From an uncultured Verrucomicrobiae bacterium (GTDB taxonomy: Bacteria; Chlamydiota; Chlamydiia; Chlamydiales; Rhabdochlamydiaceae), in assembly GCA_963806855.1 (NCBI GenBank), contig CAWDYW010000003.1, positions 640,001 through 704,000 on the forward strand: a stretch of 64,000 nt of DNA, given 5' to 3'. The stretch's first letter is position 1, and the number at the start of each line of letters is the position of its first letter. A model generated the notes under the pieces. It saw nothing but the letters and a program-made list of their open reading frames with translations, was not told where the DNA came from and ran no database searches. Shown here one piece after another: positions 61,456 through 64,000 of the stretch. A program made the position numbers and the translations under genes.

Positions 61456-62535
61456 TCAGACGTTATTATGGTAAATATCCCAAATCTTCTTTGTTGTGTC
61501 GTTAGATTTCCCAGGATAACCGCCATCCCAGCCCCAAGCCCAATAGCAAGTGCTGTATCCTTGGCTTTTAGCCCACTGAGCAAATTGAGTAAGATCATAG
61601 GCATTGGCATCCACGTTGTCGAGACCAACAGAAATTTGAGAAGGAGAGAACTGATAATTCGTCTCTAACCACTTTGCCCACTGGCCGACCCAAGCTTCTT
61701 CAGATGAGAGAGGATCGTAATAGGACATGATATAGATCCGATCGACCCCACATTTTCCAGCCTCGTTTTTCGATGCATCTAGTATGTTTTGAACGTGATT
61801 TTGCCATGTTGAAAATCCGGCATTTGTACAAAGAGAGGTTTGAAGCGAGGGGTTTTGGCTTTTAACTATTTTGATCAATTCTCCGACACTCTGTTCAAGA
61901 GCTTTTTGATCGGACTGATCCCATTCTTCAAAGTCGAAATCTATTCCATCCAGTCCATTTTTTTGGCAAAATGCTAGAAGAGTCGCGGCGCATTGCGCAG
62001 CACCTTGCGATTTTAGAGCGTCCCAACAATTTCCGCACCATCCTGCAGAGCTTCCCCCTAGGGACATTTTGACTGCAATCCCTTGGGCATGACATTCTTC
62101 TACGTACTTTTGCAAGTAGGTTTTTTGAGGGTTTTTTGGATCATAGAAACGGGATGTAGGAGGGATGACTAAATCAAGATCGGAGCGAGTATCGATTTGA
62201 TAGTTGTTTTTGGAATCAAATCCGCTGACGAATAAATTCACTGTATTGACGCCTTGAGGGATATTGGCAAGAATATCATCGCCATGCATCGTCCAATCAA
62301 CTTCCCAGGTCCCATTTTCAATTCCAATTGTTCCCGCTAGACTATTTTGGGGTGGGGCTTTAGGTGCTAGAAGGAGTTGAATGGCATCAGGAGGAAGATT
62401 CAACCGATCTTTAGCTGTCAAAAGCTCACCATTTAGCACCGGAGCTCTAGGAGAATCTGTGATTAAATCAATGAGATTATTTGCTCCTGCAGGTGTAGGA
62501 GTTCGATCAAAACAGAGCGGAAACATAGTAAACAT
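61456..62535 (-). CDS. Glycoside hydrolase family 18 (chitinase-like)
   Basis: KMSLGG, LDGIDFDFEE (DxxDxDxE), IMSY. Confidence 0.85.
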   Translation of the reverse strand: MFTMFPLCFDRTPTPAGANNLIDLITDSPRAPVLNGELLTAKDRLNLPPDAIQLLLAPKAPPQNSLAGTIGIENGTWEVDWTMHGDDILANIPQGVNTVNLFVSGFDSKNNYQIDTRSDLDLVIPPTSRFYDPKNPQKTYLQKYVEECHAQGIAVKMSLGGSSAGWCGNCWDALKSQGAAQCAATLLAFCQKNGLDGIDFDFEEWDQSDQKALEQSVGELIKIVKSQNPSLQTSLCTNAGFSTWQNHVQNILDASKNEAGKCGVDRIYIMSYYDPLSSEEAWVGQWAKWLETNYQFSPSQISVGLDNVDANAYDLTQFAQWAKSQGYSTCYWAWGWDGGYPGKSNDTTKKIWDIYHNNV

Positions 62536-62630
62536 TTATTTGCCTCGTTAATTATTGTATTATTAATCTTAAATATAATTATACTATAACTAACTTTTAA
62601 ATGTAAATATCAAAATTTTAACTAATATTT

Positions 62631-63392
62631 TTATTCATTTAGAATCAAAAAAAGATCCTCGGGGATCTCCTCTACTGTGGAGGTTGTTGGCTCCCCAAGG
62701 TTTGATTGTGTTATTCCTGCTATTTTAGTTCTCATCGCAGTAATATCGATTTTCTGGTGCGGTGTTGCAGAGATCTCTTCAAATGATCGATTTTTTCTTT
62801 GTTCAATAAACCAGCAGACATAAGCGCCGCAGTTGATCAAATCCTTTTGATGCTTAGTCTGATTACTTTTGATCACCCAGTCCGGACATTTTACCTTAAT
62901 GAGGTCTAAAAATTCATCAAATCTAATGTCACAACCAACTAATTTTCGGCTTTCCTCTTCAATATCCCTTGCTTGTGAATTATAATATTCAACCGTTTTA
63001 GTGTCCCGATCAAGGGCTATTATCACAATATGATTACGAATAGTACCTTCTAGAACAAAAGGGATAAATACTAATTTTTTTGAGCCAAGTGCTTGGTCTA
63101 AAATGTCAGAGACCGTCTTCCTTTTATCGTCCGCATTTTTAATTGCTGATAAGGATAGAAATTCATCAACGAAGGTCGTTTCATCAGTTTTTGCCGTTGC
63201 AAAGTTGATCACATCTAGCCCATTTAACATTTTAGTCATGATTCGCTTTTGTTCGGTGATGGTTGGACGGGAAATCGATGCAAGGATCGATCTAACAACC
63301 GAGCGAATTTTCGAAAAAATATCCGTGATCCCTTTTTCGTAGAAGCTCCCCACAGATGAAAATGTGTTACTATTAACACCTAAAATACTCAT
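62631..63392 (-). CDS. CE-clan (Ulp1/C48-like) cysteine protease
   Basis: NHIV (His), YYNS (Asn), HQ..INCGAYV (Gln, Cys). Confidence 0.75.
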   Translation of the reverse strand: MSILGVNSNTFSSVGSFYEKGITDIFSKIRSVVRSILASISRPTITEQKRIMTKMLNGLDVINFATAKTDETTFVDEFLSLSAIKNADDKRKTVSDILDQALGSKKLVFIPFVLEGTIRNHIVIIALDRDTKTVEYYNSQARDIEEESRKLVGCDIRFDEFLDLIKVKCPDWVIKSNQTKHQKDLINCGAYVCWFIEQRKNRSFEEISATPHQKIDITAMRTKIAGITQSNLGEPTTSTVEEIPEDLFLILNE

Positions 63393-63483
63393 AATATATC
63401 TCCTTCTTTAAATATATTATAGCATAATAGTAAATTTATTTATATATAATTACGAATTGATCATCTTATTAATTATTAAGTAC

Positions 63484-64000
63484 TTATACAATAGAATCGA
63501 TCAATAATCGGGCGATGCTTAAGTAAGAGGGAATCGGCGGCAAGTTCCCCTTTTTGAACCATTGGGCATCCTCGATTTCGACGGGGTCTTTCACGATTTC
63601 GCCGCTCTTCCATTTGCAGCTAAAGGCAATAAGGAGCGAATTGGGAAAGGGCCAGGATTGGCTGCCAAAATACTTGATCTCTTCGACTTGCAGTCCTACC
63701 TCTTCAAGCACTTCCCGCTGGACACATTGCTCTAAGGTCTCTCCAGGATTGACGAATCCGGCGAGAATGCTATACATCCCTGGGGGAAAATGGGGGCTTC
63801 TGGCGAGCAGAATTTCATCTCCCTTCTGGATCAGCGCCATGACGACGGGGGAGATTTTCGGAAAGGCGAGCAGCTTGCAGACGGAGCACTCTTTTGCCCG
63901 CTCCTTGGGGCTGTCGATCATTTTGTTGCCGCATTGACCGCAAAACTGATGGGTCTGATCCCAGAGGATGAGTTGAACGGCCCGTCCGGCAAGCGCAAAG
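63484..64000 (-). CDS. nudC: NADH pyrophosphatase (partial, runs off the window)
   Basis: FCGQCG..ECSVC Zn ribbon, Nudix box GFVNPGETLEQCVQREVLEEVG, SQSWPFPNS. Confidence 0.9.
   Translation of the reverse strand, partial: FALAGRAVQLILWDQTHQFCGQCGNKMIDSPKERAKECSVCKLLAFPKISPVVMALIQKGDEILLARSPHFPPGMYSILAGFVNPGETLEQCVQREVLEEVGLQVEEIKYFGSQSWPFPNSLLIAFSCKWKSGEIVKDPVEIEDAQWFKKGNLPPIPSYLSIARLLIDSIV

Noticed and set aside
61449..61476. TTATGGTAAAT resembling an XerD arm (dif/cer)
   Set aside because: There is no matching XerC arm, and it lies within the GH18 coding end.

Overview
Chromosomal window from an environmental chlamydia (Chlamydiota; probably Simkaniaceae/Parachlamydiales-like). The assignment rests on a chlamydial-type tmRNA (5' GGGGGTGTA), Cys-rich MOMP-like/Lpg1974-family porins, a type-2 IleRS and a CT021-like gene. 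Housekeeping genes include pip, alr, acs, mtnA, ssrA, ileS, pncBA, cyoABCD, a ybhGFSR-type efflux system with its outer-membrane channel, and nudC. They are interleaved with effector-like genes: a PP2C phosphatase, a CE-clan protease, a GH18 hydrolase, an Inc-like TrxB and a Gln-rich paralog pair. Main findings: (1) a ~10 kb accessory region downstream of tmRNA, divided by several displaced tmRNA 3'-end copies, including two fold-back palindromes; it carries two truncated DUF1016 genes and resistance-like cargo but no integrase; (2) collapsed 'ghost' duplicates of neighbouring genes beside inserted cargo; (3) three unrelated families of 160-170 bp palindromic elements; (4) an operon of a Mut7-C RNase/CapA phosphoesterase fusion, a cNMP-binding protein and an NTT-HEAT transporter; (5) several normally cytoplasmic enzymes with signal peptides; (6) a cytochrome bo3 subunit I lacking the K-channel lysine. 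Many single-base frameshifts are present and may be long-read errors. All family calls come from motifs recognised by eye, not database searches.
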